Positions 27,059-39,423 of a stretch of 64,000 nucleotides of DNA are shown here, piece by piece. The number at the start of each line of letters is the position of its first letter. Within the stretch, counting starts at the first letter, position 1. The translations under genes were made by a program, and so were the position numbers. Below the pieces are notes generated by a model, which did not search any database, had not been told where the DNA came from, and saw nothing but the letters and a program-made list of their open reading frames with translations. Origin of the DNA: Octopus vulgaris (Eukaryota); contig OX597816.1 in assembly GCA_951406725.2 (NCBI GenBank), positions 164,362,001-164,426,000 of the forward strand, read 5' to 3'.

Positions 27059-27090
<32 letters not shown>

Positions 27091-27284
27091 ATGTATGTAT
27101 GTATGTGTGTGTGTGTATGTATGTATGTATGTATGTATATGGAGCGAGCTGGCAGAACCGTTACTGCACCAGATGGCATTTTTTTTTTTACGGCTCTATA
27201 CGTTCTGAGTTCAAAATCTGGTGTCGTTAATTTTCACGATGGTGCTCCATATCACCGCAATTGGAGTACTGAAATGTATAAAGG

Positions 27285-27322
<38 letters not shown>

Positions 27323-28125
27323 TTATAAAATAAATTACTTATAAAATAAATCTAAACCTTTAAAGGTATTTTTTAATATGCTGGCCATTGATTTTTTTTT
27401 TTTTCGAAAAAATTTTATCCTACATTAAATGTGTATATATATATATATATAATGTATAGTGTGTTTGTGTGTGTGTAGGGTGGTTTAAAAGAAATTACAT
27501 ATGTATACATATCTGCAATTATTATAAATTTATAATGCTACACACAAACCAGTGATATTCCCGGTCTGTATGGAATTACAGTGTAGCCGACGTATCATTT
27601 TCCCTACTACCACCATCAAATTGCTGAAAATGGTTTTTATTATTGACCGGCATATCAATTAAATTTTAATTATTTTCATTCATTTGGTGTCCGTTTTGGC
27701 CATAAAACATCTCGGTTATTTATTTACGTTTTTTTTCTTTCTCACACACGTTACTTACAAGTTTCCGATCTGCCAGTCTACAAATTCACTGTATATTGCC
27801 GAAAACGAAAACAAAGTAGTTGAACTTGAGCGGAATAAAAAACCCTTGGTACTTTTTATCATTGCACCGGTTTGCTGGGTTATTTTCATAAGCGGTGTTC
27901 ACCTTTAGCTGTCACCCTTATACTATTTGTTCCTAATTCAAGATTGACGCCCGTAGTTTTTTAGTCATAAGCTTAGATTCTAGCGCATGACTAATATTTT
28001 ATTTTATAGACCCCAGGCAAAGGTACCCTCAGCGTGATTTGAACCTAGAATTTAAATTATCAACAGAAATGCCAGACGATTCTGTCAGCAAACCACTTGA
28101 ATAATAGTAATAAAAATGATAATAA

Positions 28126-28905
28126 TCCTTTCTACTATAGGCAAAAGGCCTGAAATTTTGCGGGAGGGAGCCAGTCGATTAGATTGACCCCAATACGCAA
28201 CTGTACTTAATTTATCGACCCCGAAAGGGGGAAAGGCAAAGTCGACCTCGGCTGAATTTGACTTCAGAACGCGAGGACGGACGAAATGCAGCCCGGCGTG
28301 CTTAACGGTTCTGCCAGTTCCCCGCTTTTAATAACAATAATTATTATTATTTCTAATTTTTGCCTGAAGGGCAGTTTGCGGGAGGCAGGGATGAATCGAT
28401 AACATCGACCACAGTGTTCAACTGGTACTTAATTTTATCGACCCCCCGAAAGGATAAAAGGCAAAAATCGACCCCGGCGGAATTTGAACTCAGAATGTAG
28501 CGGCGGGCGATAATAATAATAATAATTTCAAATTTATAATAATAATAATAATTTCAAATTTATAATAATAATGATGATGATAATAATAATAATAATGTTG
28601 ATTTCAAAATTTGGCACAAGGCCAGTAATTTCAGGAGAAGGGGGGGGGGTAAGTCGGTTACATCGACCCCAGTTCTCAACTGGTACTTATTTTATCAACC
28701 CCACCAAAGGATGAAAGGCAAATACTTTTTTTACTATAGACATATGGCCTGGAACTTGGGGAGGTGGGTAGGGAGCTTAGTTAATTTTATCAACCCTCAA
28801 AGGGTGGAAAGCAAAATAACCTTGGTGGAATTTGAACACAGAACATAGACGGAATAAATACTGCCAAGAATTTCATCCAGTGAAGTAATGACTCTGCTCA
28901 CCACC
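28126..28905 (-). mobile_element. Cluster of about four tandem Nin/Deu-domain SINE copies
   Basis: Repeated ggtacttaattt.atcgacccc.aaagg.t.aaaggcaaa...gaatttgaactcagaa blocks separated by (TAA)n. Confidence 0.8.
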
Positions 28906-28939
28906 TAAATAATAGTAATAATAATAATAATGGTGTATA

Positions 28940-29260
28940 CAGTGCTCCCTCGACTGTCGTGGGTGTTAGGTTCCAAAACCTCCCACGATAGGTGAAAATC
29001 TGCAAAGTAGAAGAAACAGCACTGTATATGTTTTATTAATTTTATAATTTACTCTTTTACTTGTTTCAGTCATTTGACTGCGGCTAGGCTGGAGCACTGC
29101 CTTTAGTCGAGCAACTCGACCCCGGACTTATTCTTTTTGTAAGCCCAGTACTTATTCTATCGGTCTCCTTTTGCCGAACCGTTAAGTGACGGGGACGTAA
29201 ACACACCAACATCGGTTGTCAAGCAATGCTAGGGGAACAAACAAACAAACACACACACAG

Positions 29261-29306
<46 letters not shown>

Positions 29307-29569
29307 GACAGGCTTCTTTCAGTTTCCGTCTACCAAATCCACTCACAAGGCATTGGTCGGCCCGGGGCTATAGCAGAAGACACTTGCCCAAGATGCCACG
29401 CAGTGGGACTGAACCCGGAACCATGTGGTCGGTTAGCAAGCTACTTACCACACAGTCACTCCTGCGCCTGTAATTTGTATATATTTATTTTATTATAAAT
29501 GCAAAGCAACACCATGGAGGAATCAACATAAGCTTAAATAATAAACCGCAATATGGCGAGGGATTATTG
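28940..29569 (+). mobile_element. Tigger-like MITE (TA TSD) interrupted by a SINE at 29051-29470
   Basis: TA|CAGTGCTCCCTCG ... CGAGGGATTATTG|TA; the inserted SINE is flanked by a taattt direct repeat. Confidence 0.75.
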
Positions 29570-29583
29570 TAAGTCCAGTTAGT

Positions 29584-29657
29584 GGCCAGTTAGCTCAGTT
29601 GGTTAAAACGTTGTGCTAATAACACAAATGCCATGGGTTTGGGCCCCATACTGGTCA
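29584..29657 (+). pseudogene. tRNA-Ile(AAU) pseudogene
   Basis: 74 nt colinear with GGCCGGTTAGCTCAGTTGGTTAGAGCGTGGTGCTAATAACGCCAAGGTCGCGGGTTCGATCCCCGTACTGGCCA; T-loop/B box broken (GGTTTGGGCCC); several CpG-type transitions. Confidence 0.8.
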
Positions 29658-29738
29658 GTAGCTGTAAAAACCATGCCAAAACAGACAGAAGTCTGGTGCA
29701 TGCTCCTGTCTAGCCAGCACCTGTCAAATCATCTAACC

Positions 29739-30050
29739 CAGGGTTTCTCAAACCTTTTTTTTACCTATGGACCCACATGGCCATTTGATAGTTTTATAGA
29801 AATGTCTTTTAAAATTTCTATTTTGTTTTTCATACATTAACTTGTGTAGGGTTGAAACATGTAAAAATGTCAGAGAAAGAAACCTAGCTGTTTCTTGCAA
29901 TGCATACCAATACATACATTTAAAGCAAATTTTTTTCCGGGTCCCTTCAAATTCTATTGTGGATCCCAAATTGACTACTTTGTTACATGGATCCCCAAAA
30001 ATCTTACTTGGACCCTCAGGGACCAAATGGTCTTCGGCTAAGAACTACTG
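29739..30050 (+). mobile_element. hAT (Charlie-like) MITE
   Basis: CAGGGTTTCTCAA...AAGAACTACTG ends, 8-bp TSD atctaacc/atctaact; related copy at 33199-33511. Confidence 0.75.
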
Positions 30051-30483
30051 ATCTAACTCATTCCAGAATGGAAGCTGGATGTTAAACAATGATGAGAGCC
30101 ATGTTTTTTGTTGGCATGGATTTAATGGTTTAACAGGACTGTGGGTCTGAGGAGTGCATTGTGCTCCAATGTCTTCTTTACTATGGGTTTTCTGGCTGGG
30201 TGCTCCTGTGCCGAGTACTTTACAAATGTTTACTGGGTTTTTTTTTCTTTGTCTTTTTGTGGAACCATCACTAGTGAGGTTGCCATGCCGCATGCAAGAA
30301 CCCTAAGGTCTCCTTTGGCTGAATGGGTCTGCAGTCGAGAGGAAGGTGATGATGATTACAGAGTAACACTTTATTGTTTCTTTGTCTTATTCTAATTTGA
30401 TAAATGTTAACCTAAATAAAGGTCTTCTTAACAAAATGACTCAATATTTGTCTTATTGTTTTTTAGGTACTAATTTTGCTGTG

Positions 30484-30574
30484 ATGGGGAACTATCTGGA
30501 GCCCAGTGGAGGGCCTCCAGATTCTTTAAAATCTTCAATATCTGATCAGTTCTGGGGAACATCCCATTCAGATG
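30484..30574 (+). CDS. TNRC18: TNRC18/BAHCC1-like coding exon 1 (MGNYLEPSGGPPDSLKSSISDQFWGTSHSD); exon acceptor at 30467
   Basis: ttttag|GTAC acceptor, ATG at 30484, G|gtaagt donor in phase 1. The frame is open back to the acceptor, so an upstream coding exon is possible. Confidence 0.7.
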
Positions 30575-31115
30575 GTAAGTATAATGATTAATCCTTTAGT
30601 TAATATTGCTTTCAAAGCAGCAAGCTGGCAGAAACGTTAGTATGCTGGGCAAAAATGCTAAGTGGTATTTCACCTGTCTTTATGTTCTGAGTTCAAATTC
30701 TGCCAAGGTCGACTTTGCCTTTCATCCTAAGTACCACTTGTGTACTGGGGTCAATCTAATCGACTGCCCCCCCCCCCTCTCCCAAAATTTTGGGTCTTGT
30801 GCCTAGAGTAGAAAATAATAGTAGTTTCAAATTTTGCTACAAGAACAGCTTGAAAGAGGTGGAGGTGAGTCAATTATATCAAACCCCCACCCCACCAGTT
30901 TTCAACTGATACTTTGCCTTACATCCTTTCAGGGTTGATAAATTAAGTCAACCTCGGCAGAACTTGATCCCAGAAAGTAGTGACATGCAAAGTATCGCTA
31001 AGCATTTCATTTGGCAAGCTAACAATTCTGCCAGTTTGCCACTTTCGTCTTTCTTTTAGTTGATATTGGAACAAACACACTCACGTCATAATTGTTGCCT
31101 GTTTTTAATTTGCAG

Positions 31116-31247
31116 CCTATGCCCGCTATGTACTAAACAACAATGTTTACCAACCGTATGTGCCATGCATGTTTGGAGCAGAATCGTTATTATACTCACA
31201 AGCTCCAGTCCATGCTTCTTCTCACAGAATGTATGATCTACATAAAG
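31116..31247 (+). CDS. TNRC18: coding exon 2 (AYARYVLNNNVYQPYVPCMFGAESLLYSQAPVHASSHRMYDLHK)
   Basis: tttgcag| acceptor, open phase-1 frame, AAAG|gtttgt donor, 132 nt. Confidence 0.75.
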
Positions 31248-31934
31248 GTTTGTCGCTATTTTTTTCTTATTATCACCTGAACTTTATTCCTTTACCTTTG
31301 TATTATGTGTTTGGTGAATAGGCAAAGTGGCTGGGTTCCTATCGAGTGTTGGGCCTCACAGAAGCAATGATCAAGACCTTTGGCATTATGTCATACTTGA
31401 AGGCCCATCAAGCCAAGCAAAATTGCAGTTGTAGCAGATATCAGTGTCATGCAAATTGGCACTCGTGCCAGTGGCACATAAGTGCACCCCAGTGTCACAC
31501 AAATGGTACCTGTACTGGTGGCATGTAAAAACACTCTTTACACTCTCAGAGTGGTTGGCATTAGGAAGGGCATCCAGTGATAGAAAACCATGCCAAGTCA
31601 GATTGGAGTCTGGTGCACCCTTCCAGTGTATCAACCCAATCAAAACGTCCAACCCATGCCAGCATGGACAATGGACATTAAATGATGATGATGATGATGA
31701 TAGTTAAAAATCATGGATTCTCTTGTACACAGCAAACAAGGGTTCTGCAATTTCACACTGTTCAACCTGCTCATTTGATTTATTTAAAATGATCAAATGT
31801 TTGTGCCACACATTAGCTCACCCACTCATATTATGGTGCTGAGAAGATTAATTTCTTTTATATACTACTTCTTCTTCTTAAATTCACTTGTCCCTATCTC
31901 ATTTCGTTTTTGTTTTTCTCTTTTTTAACAACAG

Positions 31935-32762
31935 AAGCATTTTTCAATGGAGTTGGCTCGACTAATGCCACAACAGGTTTGTACATACCATCTCTTGGTC
32001 ACCAGCAACCACAACAGTCTCAACAGCAGCAGAAACAGCAGCAACAGCAGCAGGGACAAGCCCCTGGCCGTCAGACTTCAGTCCAGATGTTGCTAACACA
32101 GCAATCTACTGGTACTAGTTTAAAACCAGAAAAATTTGACTCTGGTGCCAACAGTGATAGGTCTAAGCACTCAGAGATTTCTACTTCCAAACGCACTACG
32201 CCACCTGATTGGTGTAGCAGACCCAGCAAGGGATCATCGTATTCGACTTCGCATGTTGACAGCAACAGCAAGTGCATGTCTGTGAGCAAAGAGTCCCGTT
32301 CCGCTAAGAAGTTGGAACGAGACTGCAAAGCTGATGTACAACGTGACATTGTCAACATGCAGAAGGAAGAACACGACACGACCGAAAGTCATGTCCGGAC
32401 AAACCGTGTGATAGGAAAATGTGAAATGGCTGCGGATCACCTTACTTTGGAAAACGGACCCCAAAAATGGCCATCCCACCGCTGTGTCTCCTCTTCAAAG
32501 TCCCAAGGCACTGACAAGGATAGTTGGTCATCGAGTGAGTCTGCACGACAAATGAGTCACGTTAAAAGCCAAAGTGTGATGAAAACAACATCGAGCAGCA
32601 AAATATGTCCCCCTGTGATAGTCCAACATGTACCCACAATGACAACCATGACCATGTCACCCTGTGGGTATCACACAGTTTCAAGTGCAGCTATGTACAC
32701 CAAAGGAACTGTGTCGAATGTCTTTACAACAAGCCGACCGATTTCTTCTAGTTATATTTCTG
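31935..32762 (+). CDS. TNRC18: coding exon 3 (EAFFNG...GLYIPSL...polyQ...SSYIS)
   Basis: Inside the 334-aa ORF 31910-32914; aacag| acceptor, G|gtaagt donor, phase 1/1. Confidence 0.88.
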
Positions 32763-33731
32763 GTAAGTGTTTAAATATTCTTCTTTCATATTGGTTTTTA
32801 ATTTTGGCACGATGCCAGCAAATTCAAGGGAAACATCAACCCCGGTGCTCAACTGGTACTTACTTTATTGACCCCAAAAAGATAAGGGGCAAAACTGACC
32901 TCGGCAGCATTTGAACTCAGAAAGTGTTTCAATATTCTTCATTCATATTGGTTTCTAATTTTGGCATGACACCAGCAATTTCGATTGAAGCATCAACCCC
33001 AGTGCTCAACTGGTACTTACTTTATTGACCCCAAAAAGATAAGGGGCAAAACTGACCTTGGCAGCATTTGAACTCCGATCAAAGACAGACAAAATACTGC
33101 TAAGAACTCTTCCAGCTCACTGTCTTTCATTCTTCATTTATATGAATATCAGTTTCTTGTGCAATATAAATCCTTTCACAAGTCATATCCTTCTGCATCA
33201 GGGGTTCTCAACCATTTAGTATCTATGGACCCCTTAGGTTACTGCTTTATTCTGGAGACCAGTAGCCATTTAATGTTTAAAATTTACTTTTAGAGATACG
33301 TCTTTCAAAATTCCTATTTTATTTTTCACACATTAACTTAATAGGGTAAACTATGTAAAACAGAAAGAAACCTTGGTGTTTCTTACAATAAAAATATCTA
33401 AAGCAAAATTTTTTTCTTAGATCCTTAATTTAATACTGTGGGTCCCCATTTTACTATTTTGGTTGCATGGAGCCCCAAAAATCTTATATGGACCCAGGTA
33501 TAGAACCATAGCTTTTTATTTTTTGTTGTGTCTGGGGAGAGTCATTCTCTTTTAGTGCCTTATTATTTAACACACTCACTGATAAAATTTCCACTTATTT
33601 CTTATTTTTATTTTCTAAAATTTTCGTTGCATCTTGCAACCTTTTATTCTTTTGTTTTATTAAAACTGCTTTTCATTTTTGATTTTATTAAATTTATTTT
33701 CATTATTAAATTTATTTTCATTATTTTTCAG

Positions 33732-34294
33732 AAAACGAAAACAAAATTTCAAGTGCTTCTTCAACACAACCACTAACATATTCCTGTGTAAATACCAATA
33801 TTTCTAAGACAATGTCAGAGGGGAGGAAAGTGTCAGCCGCCATCTACACTCCAGAAAAGGCTACGGCCTCTCCGCCCCAATCACTCGCCTACATCCGAGG
33901 CGGAAGAGCCAAAGTCAGTTGTGAACTTAGAGTAAAGTCTGAAAAGGATTCCTTACCATCCTGCAAGGATCATAATTTTAGTGTTGACTCTTGCATGCAT
34001 GCTGTGAAGGTAGAAAAGCAAATGGTACCGTGTTTGACTTCCGGATCCTTAAAGACGAAATCTGAACGCGCTGGCAAGAAAGTGCAGAAAGTCACTGGTC
34101 GACAATCACCAACGCATCGGCAGCATCAAGAACAGCAGCAATCGATGCAGCAGCAGCAGCAACAGCAACAATCATCACAGCATCATCAGCCATACCATCA
34201 GCATCATCATCATCAACAGCAGCAACACCACCACCACCAACCGTTGCTACAACCACAGCATCATCAACTGCAGCAGCAGCAACATCAACATCAG

Positions 34295-34329
<35 letters not shown>

Positions 34330-34514
34330 TGAGCAACAGCATCACCACCACCATCATCATCACCATCATCACCACCAGCAGCAACAGCAGCTACAGCAGC
34401 AGCAGCAGCAACAACAGCAACAACACAGTCAAATGTTTGAAAATGCTGGGAGCAACGTCGTTGATAAAAGGGTCAAACAAGAAGTAGTTGACCGGTTTTT
34501 AATAGGAAGTTGTG

Positions 34515-34555
<41 letters not shown>

Positions 34556-36446
34556 CATAATAATAATAATAATAACAACACAGACAGGTCTTACAGTGGC
34601 AAATCTGTGAATTGCAGCACTAACAGCAGTAGCCAGATTTTTACCAATAATAATTATATTAACAATAATAATAATAATAACAGTATCATTGGCAGTCATA
34701 GTAACAACCACAGCAGCAGCAGTAGTATTAACATCAACAATGGCAGCATCACCAGCAGCAGAATTAGCAACAACAGTTACAGCAGAAATCTCAACATTTC
34801 GCAACAGGAACATGAAAAATTACCGAAAGATCTACCGAGCGATGCAATCATGGCTGACAGCAAGCAGTCCCAAGAAGTGAAAAAACTCGGCTCACCGACT
34901 GTATACATAAATATTGCAACCGATGGTCAGTCTCAGGTGAACAGTAGTAATTCCAGTGGCCTAGGTCGGCCACAGGCGGCTATTCTCGACCTGAGTCTGC
35001 CTCGGAAAGCATTAGACGGTAATGGTCAGAACAGAAATGCCAATGTGGACAACTGTGAAGCCGCAAAGAGAAACGAGGCCTCTTGTCTCTCGCATTCGAC
35101 GCAGCGGATAGTGGCCACATCGTCTTATCCGGCGGTCATTTCATCAGTGAATCAAACGACAGTAGCTTCGTCATCATATACGACGTCGACGTCGTCGTCA
35201 CCACCACTGCCACCTATGTCATCATCGTCATCGTTTTTGTTATCCTCTTCCTCCTCCTCTTCTTGTACGGTCTCGACATCATCGTTGTGCCCCGTGACTT
35301 CCTCAATATCATTCTCTACACCTTCGCAGAAGTCTTGTAGTGTCGTCAAGCAATCGTTGTCACCGATTCTGATACAAGAAGACCAGCATCAACCGCTGAT
35401 ATCTGGGTTGCCGTCTCCAAGTAGTAAAATAACTGCTAAAGCGACGCTCCAGTCGTCAGCATTACCGTCATCATCAGCATCAATAACATCGTTACCTTCG
35501 TCATCAGAAGTGTCTGTACCTTCTTCCTTGTCCTCTTCATTGCCAATAATATCATCTTCAATGTCAACACATTCTCCCACAAAGCTAACGTCATCATCAT
35601 CAGTGTCATCGTCAGCGTCATCATTACATGTGACAGTAGCAGCATCATCGTTATCATCATTATCGTCATCGTCATCGTCATCTGCTGTAACGGCCAGATG
35701 TGAGAGCTACAAAGAAGAAATAGACGAGAACAAGTTATGTCTGTCGTCGACAGCTTCATGTGGACAGTTTGATGACCACCAGGGGAAGTCCTCTTCTGCT
35801 TCATCCACTTCAGCATCAGTGACATCATCGACTCCATCGATGTCGATGTCATTACCGGCGTCATCGTCGGTTGTCGTGACAACAGCCACGCCATTATCAT
35901 CATCATCATCATCATTATCGTCGTCATCATCAACAACATTGTCTGTATCGTCATCGCCACCGTCATCATCTTTACTGTTACCAGAAAGAAAAACCGAACA
36001 CAAGCGAGGTGCGTCATCACCTCGGGACAGCAAATGTTCCAGTCACAACAACAGCAACAACATAAATAACAACAACAGTAGCAGTCATAAAACGCCGACC
36101 ACGACCACCACCAACGATAGCAACAACACTGTTTTGAGCAGCAGTAGTAGTAACATTACCAATGTCACCGAATCTGTGCATATTTCTGAGAATACAAATT
36201 CTCCACCATTGGAGACCGTGGCAGCAAATGTAGCCAGCCATGATGGCTTGATGCCCAAAGTTTTCACAGTTGTCCAACACCCGAGCAATAACTCAACTCT
36301 TAGGAAAAGAAAGAGTACTTGTGATGTCGTTAAAGGAATGGTGAGGTCTGGTTCAGCACCACCGTCCTCACGTGATACAAGTCGTCCCTTTTCATCTATG
36401 GATGCCACAGTTACCAAATTGGAAGAAGACCATAATCTGTGCACAG
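33732..36446 (+). CDS. TNRC18: coding exon 4, large low-complexity exon (polyQ/H, polyN, polyS)
   Basis: Covers the 892-aa ORF, extended upstream to a ttttcag| acceptor; ACAG|gtaata donor; phase 1/1. Confidence 0.92.
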
Positions 36447-36767
36447 GTAATAGCTCGCTCTTTTCTGTCTTTGTTTCGTCGTTGAATTAGTGTCCATTTT
36501 TTTCATGCTTCCATGGGTTTGACCGAGTTTATTGAAGTCAGATTCCTTATAGCAAGATGCCCTCACTGTTGCCAACTTTTGCTTGTTTCCAAGCAAGGTT
36601 ATGATTTCTGCCCCCCCCACCTTCCATGGCCCGACATGATCTCTCATCGGAATATTGGAAATGATTGACACTGCATGTATGACAGTGGCACTCATTTACA
36701 GCAATCGTGCAATGGCAAGAAAAAGTTACAAACATACACTCATGTGTGTGTGTGTATATGAATGAAT

Positions 36768-36954
36768 GAAGGTTTGTAAATGCAATTTTAAAGATGTTTA
36801 TTCACTTGACTGGTTTCACTTTTTCGTGACAACCAGTACTTAACACAACAAAGCTTATACAAAGCTTTACATTTTACTTTTGACAATCTTTTTCCTAAAA
36901 AAGTGAAACCGGTCAAGTGAATAAACATCATTAAAATTGCATTTTCAAACCTTC
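36768..36954. repeat. Inverted repeat (~57-bp arms), Penelope-like foldback containing an HHR motif
   Basis: gaaggtttgtaaatgcaatttt...ttgactggtttcacttttt versus aaaaagtgaaaccggtcaag...caaaccttc. Confidence 0.8.
36874..36920 (+). ncRNA. Minimal type-I hammerhead-like motif with a U3:A8 core
   Basis: ttactt-UUGACAA-t-cttttt[ccta]aaaaag-t-GAAACCGGUC-aagtga; 6-bp stem I with one G.U pair, palindromic stem III ACCGGU, GUC cleavage triplet. Confidence 0.6.
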
Positions 36955-37445
36955 TTTCATATATATTTCCACTCGTGCGGTACCTTACAACTTCACTTTA
37001 TATACGAGTATAGACCTTGTAGAATGCAATGCAAAGCTTGTCCACAGTTATTGGCTATCTGCTGTTACCATACAGTGGAAATGCTCTCGCTACTGACTAT
37101 GGACCAGAAATTCCAGTGTATTTGAATAGATAAATGATAGAAATTGTAATGAACATTCTTTATTTTATATCACTAGAATTGTTTTGATACATTTTTACAC
37201 CTGTAGTATATTGGTGAGATGCTATTTAATTACAATCATCCACCTAACATGTAAAATGTACCTCAGCAGGTGATTGTTTAAATAAATCCCATGTTTTGAG
37301 TGTGATATTATGAGGTACAATAATCTCATAGTGATTATCTTTTGTTTATCTTTGCTACATGTACCACATGTATATGTGTGTGTCTATTATATTGTAGGAG
37401 CCATTGACATAAAAGTACCTCACAATTTTCTTGTATTTTCTGCAG

Positions 37446-37511
37446 GTATTACCATTCCAGTTGGAATTGCCATAGCCACTCAAAGACAGGAATTATCTCG
37501 CAGTAGTCAAG
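37446..37511 (+). CDS. TNRC18: coding exon 5 (GITIPVGIAIATQRQELSRSSQ)
   Basis: tgcag| acceptor, G|gtatac donor; PVGIA..RQ motif recalled from TNRC18/BAHCC1. Confidence 0.85.
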
Positions 37512-37851
37512 GTATACAATTTTTCTACTCATTAATTAAATTTCTGTTTTTCCTGATAATAGTAACCATGTGGTTACTGTTATCAAGTCTCTCTGATTTC
37601 CATTCACATAAAACCCCCGAAATTTACTCTTTTAATCAGTTTTATTGTCTGTTGTTCTTCAAACATGCAAATACCAGGAAATAAGATCAAGTCTTCAGGT
37701 CACATTAGCCGTTCGTTACCATATTTCTGTTGAAATATGTTATTTATGTTTCAAGTAATTTTGAAAATAATAAAGAATTTATCAAAATAACTTTGTTGTA
37801 ATTCATCCAGTGTTTGGAACATAAATTAATCATATCACGCCATGTTCCCGA

Positions 37852-38342
37852 TCATCACCATCATTAAACGTCCGCTTTCCATGCTAGCATGGGTTGGACG
37901 GTTCAACTGGGGTCTGTGAAGCCAGAAGGCTGCATCAGGCCCAGTCTGATCTGGCAGTGTTTCTACGGCTGGATGCCCTTCCTAACGCCAACCACTCCGT
38001 GAGTGTAGTGGGTGCTTTTTACGTGCCACCCGCACAGGTGCCAGACAGAGCTGGCAGACGGCCACGGACGGATGGTGCTTTTACGTGCCACTGGCACAGG
38101 GGCCAGGCGAGGCTGGCAACGGCCACGAACGGATGGTGCTTTTACGTGCCACTGGCACAGGGGCCAGGTGAGGCTGGCAACGGCCACGAACGGATGGTGC
38201 TTTTACGTGCCACTGGCACAGGGGCCAGGTGAGGCTGGCAACGGCCACGAACGGATGGTGCTTTTACGTGCCACTGGCACAGGGGCCAGGCGAGGCTGGC
38301 AACGGCCACGAACGGATGGTGCTTTTACGTGCCACCGGCACG
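37852..38342 (-). mobile_element. (GAT)n-tailed SINE-like retroposon with an internal 61-bp tandem array
   Basis: Core GGCGTTAGGAAGGGCATCCAGC and tail GGACGTT(T)AA(T)GATGA in reverse complement; about 5.5 units of 61 bp at ~38010-38340. Confidence 0.85.
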
Positions 38343-38529
38343 TCCCATTAAAGTGGTAATGAACAACACACACACACACAAAGAAGATAAACTACTCCAA
38401 ATCAACAACTGATCCCCATTACAGCTTTGCAGTCAGCTGTGTTTATGACTCATTGTTAATGATGTCCCCTTCCCTATAGTTGTTGCTAACTTTTGCTTTT
38501 AATTTAAAAAAAAAAAAAATTTTTTTTAT

Positions 38530-39030
38530 CAGCCAGGATCCCTGGCCTGGTGGTACGTAAAAAGCACTATCCGACTCGTGGCCGTGGCACGTAAAATACT
38601 CCAATGCGACCGTACGACAGGCACCCTTGCCAACCCCCTTTGCTTGTGAAGACATGTTGGGGCAAGCGAAATCGAAATCGAATTGAACCAGCCAGGATCC
38701 CTGGTCTGGTGGTACGTAAAAAGCACTATCCGACTCGTGGCCGATGCCAGCACCGCCTCGACTGGCTTCCGTGCCGGTGGCACATAAAATACACCAATCT
38801 GACCGTGGCCGTTGCCAGCCCCGCCTGGCACCTGTGCAGGTGGCACGTAAAAAGCACCCACTACACTCACGGAGTGGTTGGCGTTAGGAAGGGCATCCAG
38901 CTGTAGAAACATTGCCAAATTTAGACTGGAGCCTGGTGCAGCCTTCTGGCTTCCCAGAACCCCGGTCGAACCGTCCAACCCATGCTAGCATGGAGAACGG
39001 ACGTTAAACGACGATGATGATGATGATGAT
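38530..39030 (+). mobile_element. (GAT)n-tailed SINE-like retroposon, same family
   Basis: ggcgttaggaagggcatccagctgtagaaac ... ggacgttaaacgacgatgatgat. Other copies near 31320-31700, 40262-40540, 40630-41095, 44372-44600, 53395-53530, 53585-53880 and 59375-59695. Confidence 0.85.
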
Positions 39031-39256
39031 GTGATGAACCCAGCACTTCATCTGGTAAACGAGTACCGTAAACCCTCGAGTATAGTCCGCCCTTGAATAT
39101 AATATGCAGTGGATGTTTAGGAGGCTGTACCACTGAAAAACCTAAACCTTGTGTATAATACGCACCCCTTTTCTAACTTAAGTCAAGGCGATCTGCACAC
39201 ACACATACATACTTACATACACAATTTTGAAACTGATGTTTTTTGGTGTTCGGCAG

Positions 39257-39356
39257 ATAAACTTCAATCACAGGAACCAACTGCAGATGATGGAATCTAC
39301 AATCGGTCTTCTGAACATGAAATCAAATCTGAAGTTACGGAAAGAGACTTGTTGAG
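39257..39356 (+). CDS. TNRC18: coding exon 6 (DKLQSQEPTADDG...ERDLL)
   Basis: ggcag| acceptor, AG|gtaaag donor, phase 1 to 2. Confidence 0.8.
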
Positions 39357-39423
39357 GTAAAGTAAATTGTTTTCTTGCTAAAAAAAAAATACAACGATGA
39401 TTGTAAATGTAAAAGGCCTAGAC

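Noticed and set aside
32765-33080. ~160-bp tandem duplication starting at the exon 3 donor
   Set aside because: The duplicated part is an intronic SINE fragment and lacks the GT donor, so it does not duplicate the exon.
38005-38342. Regular ~61-bp repeats resembling a CRISPR array
   Set aside because: The units are whole tandem duplicates with no unique spacers, there are no cas genes, and the context is a eukaryotic SINE. The same applies to the 25-bp arrays at 56-57.8 kb.
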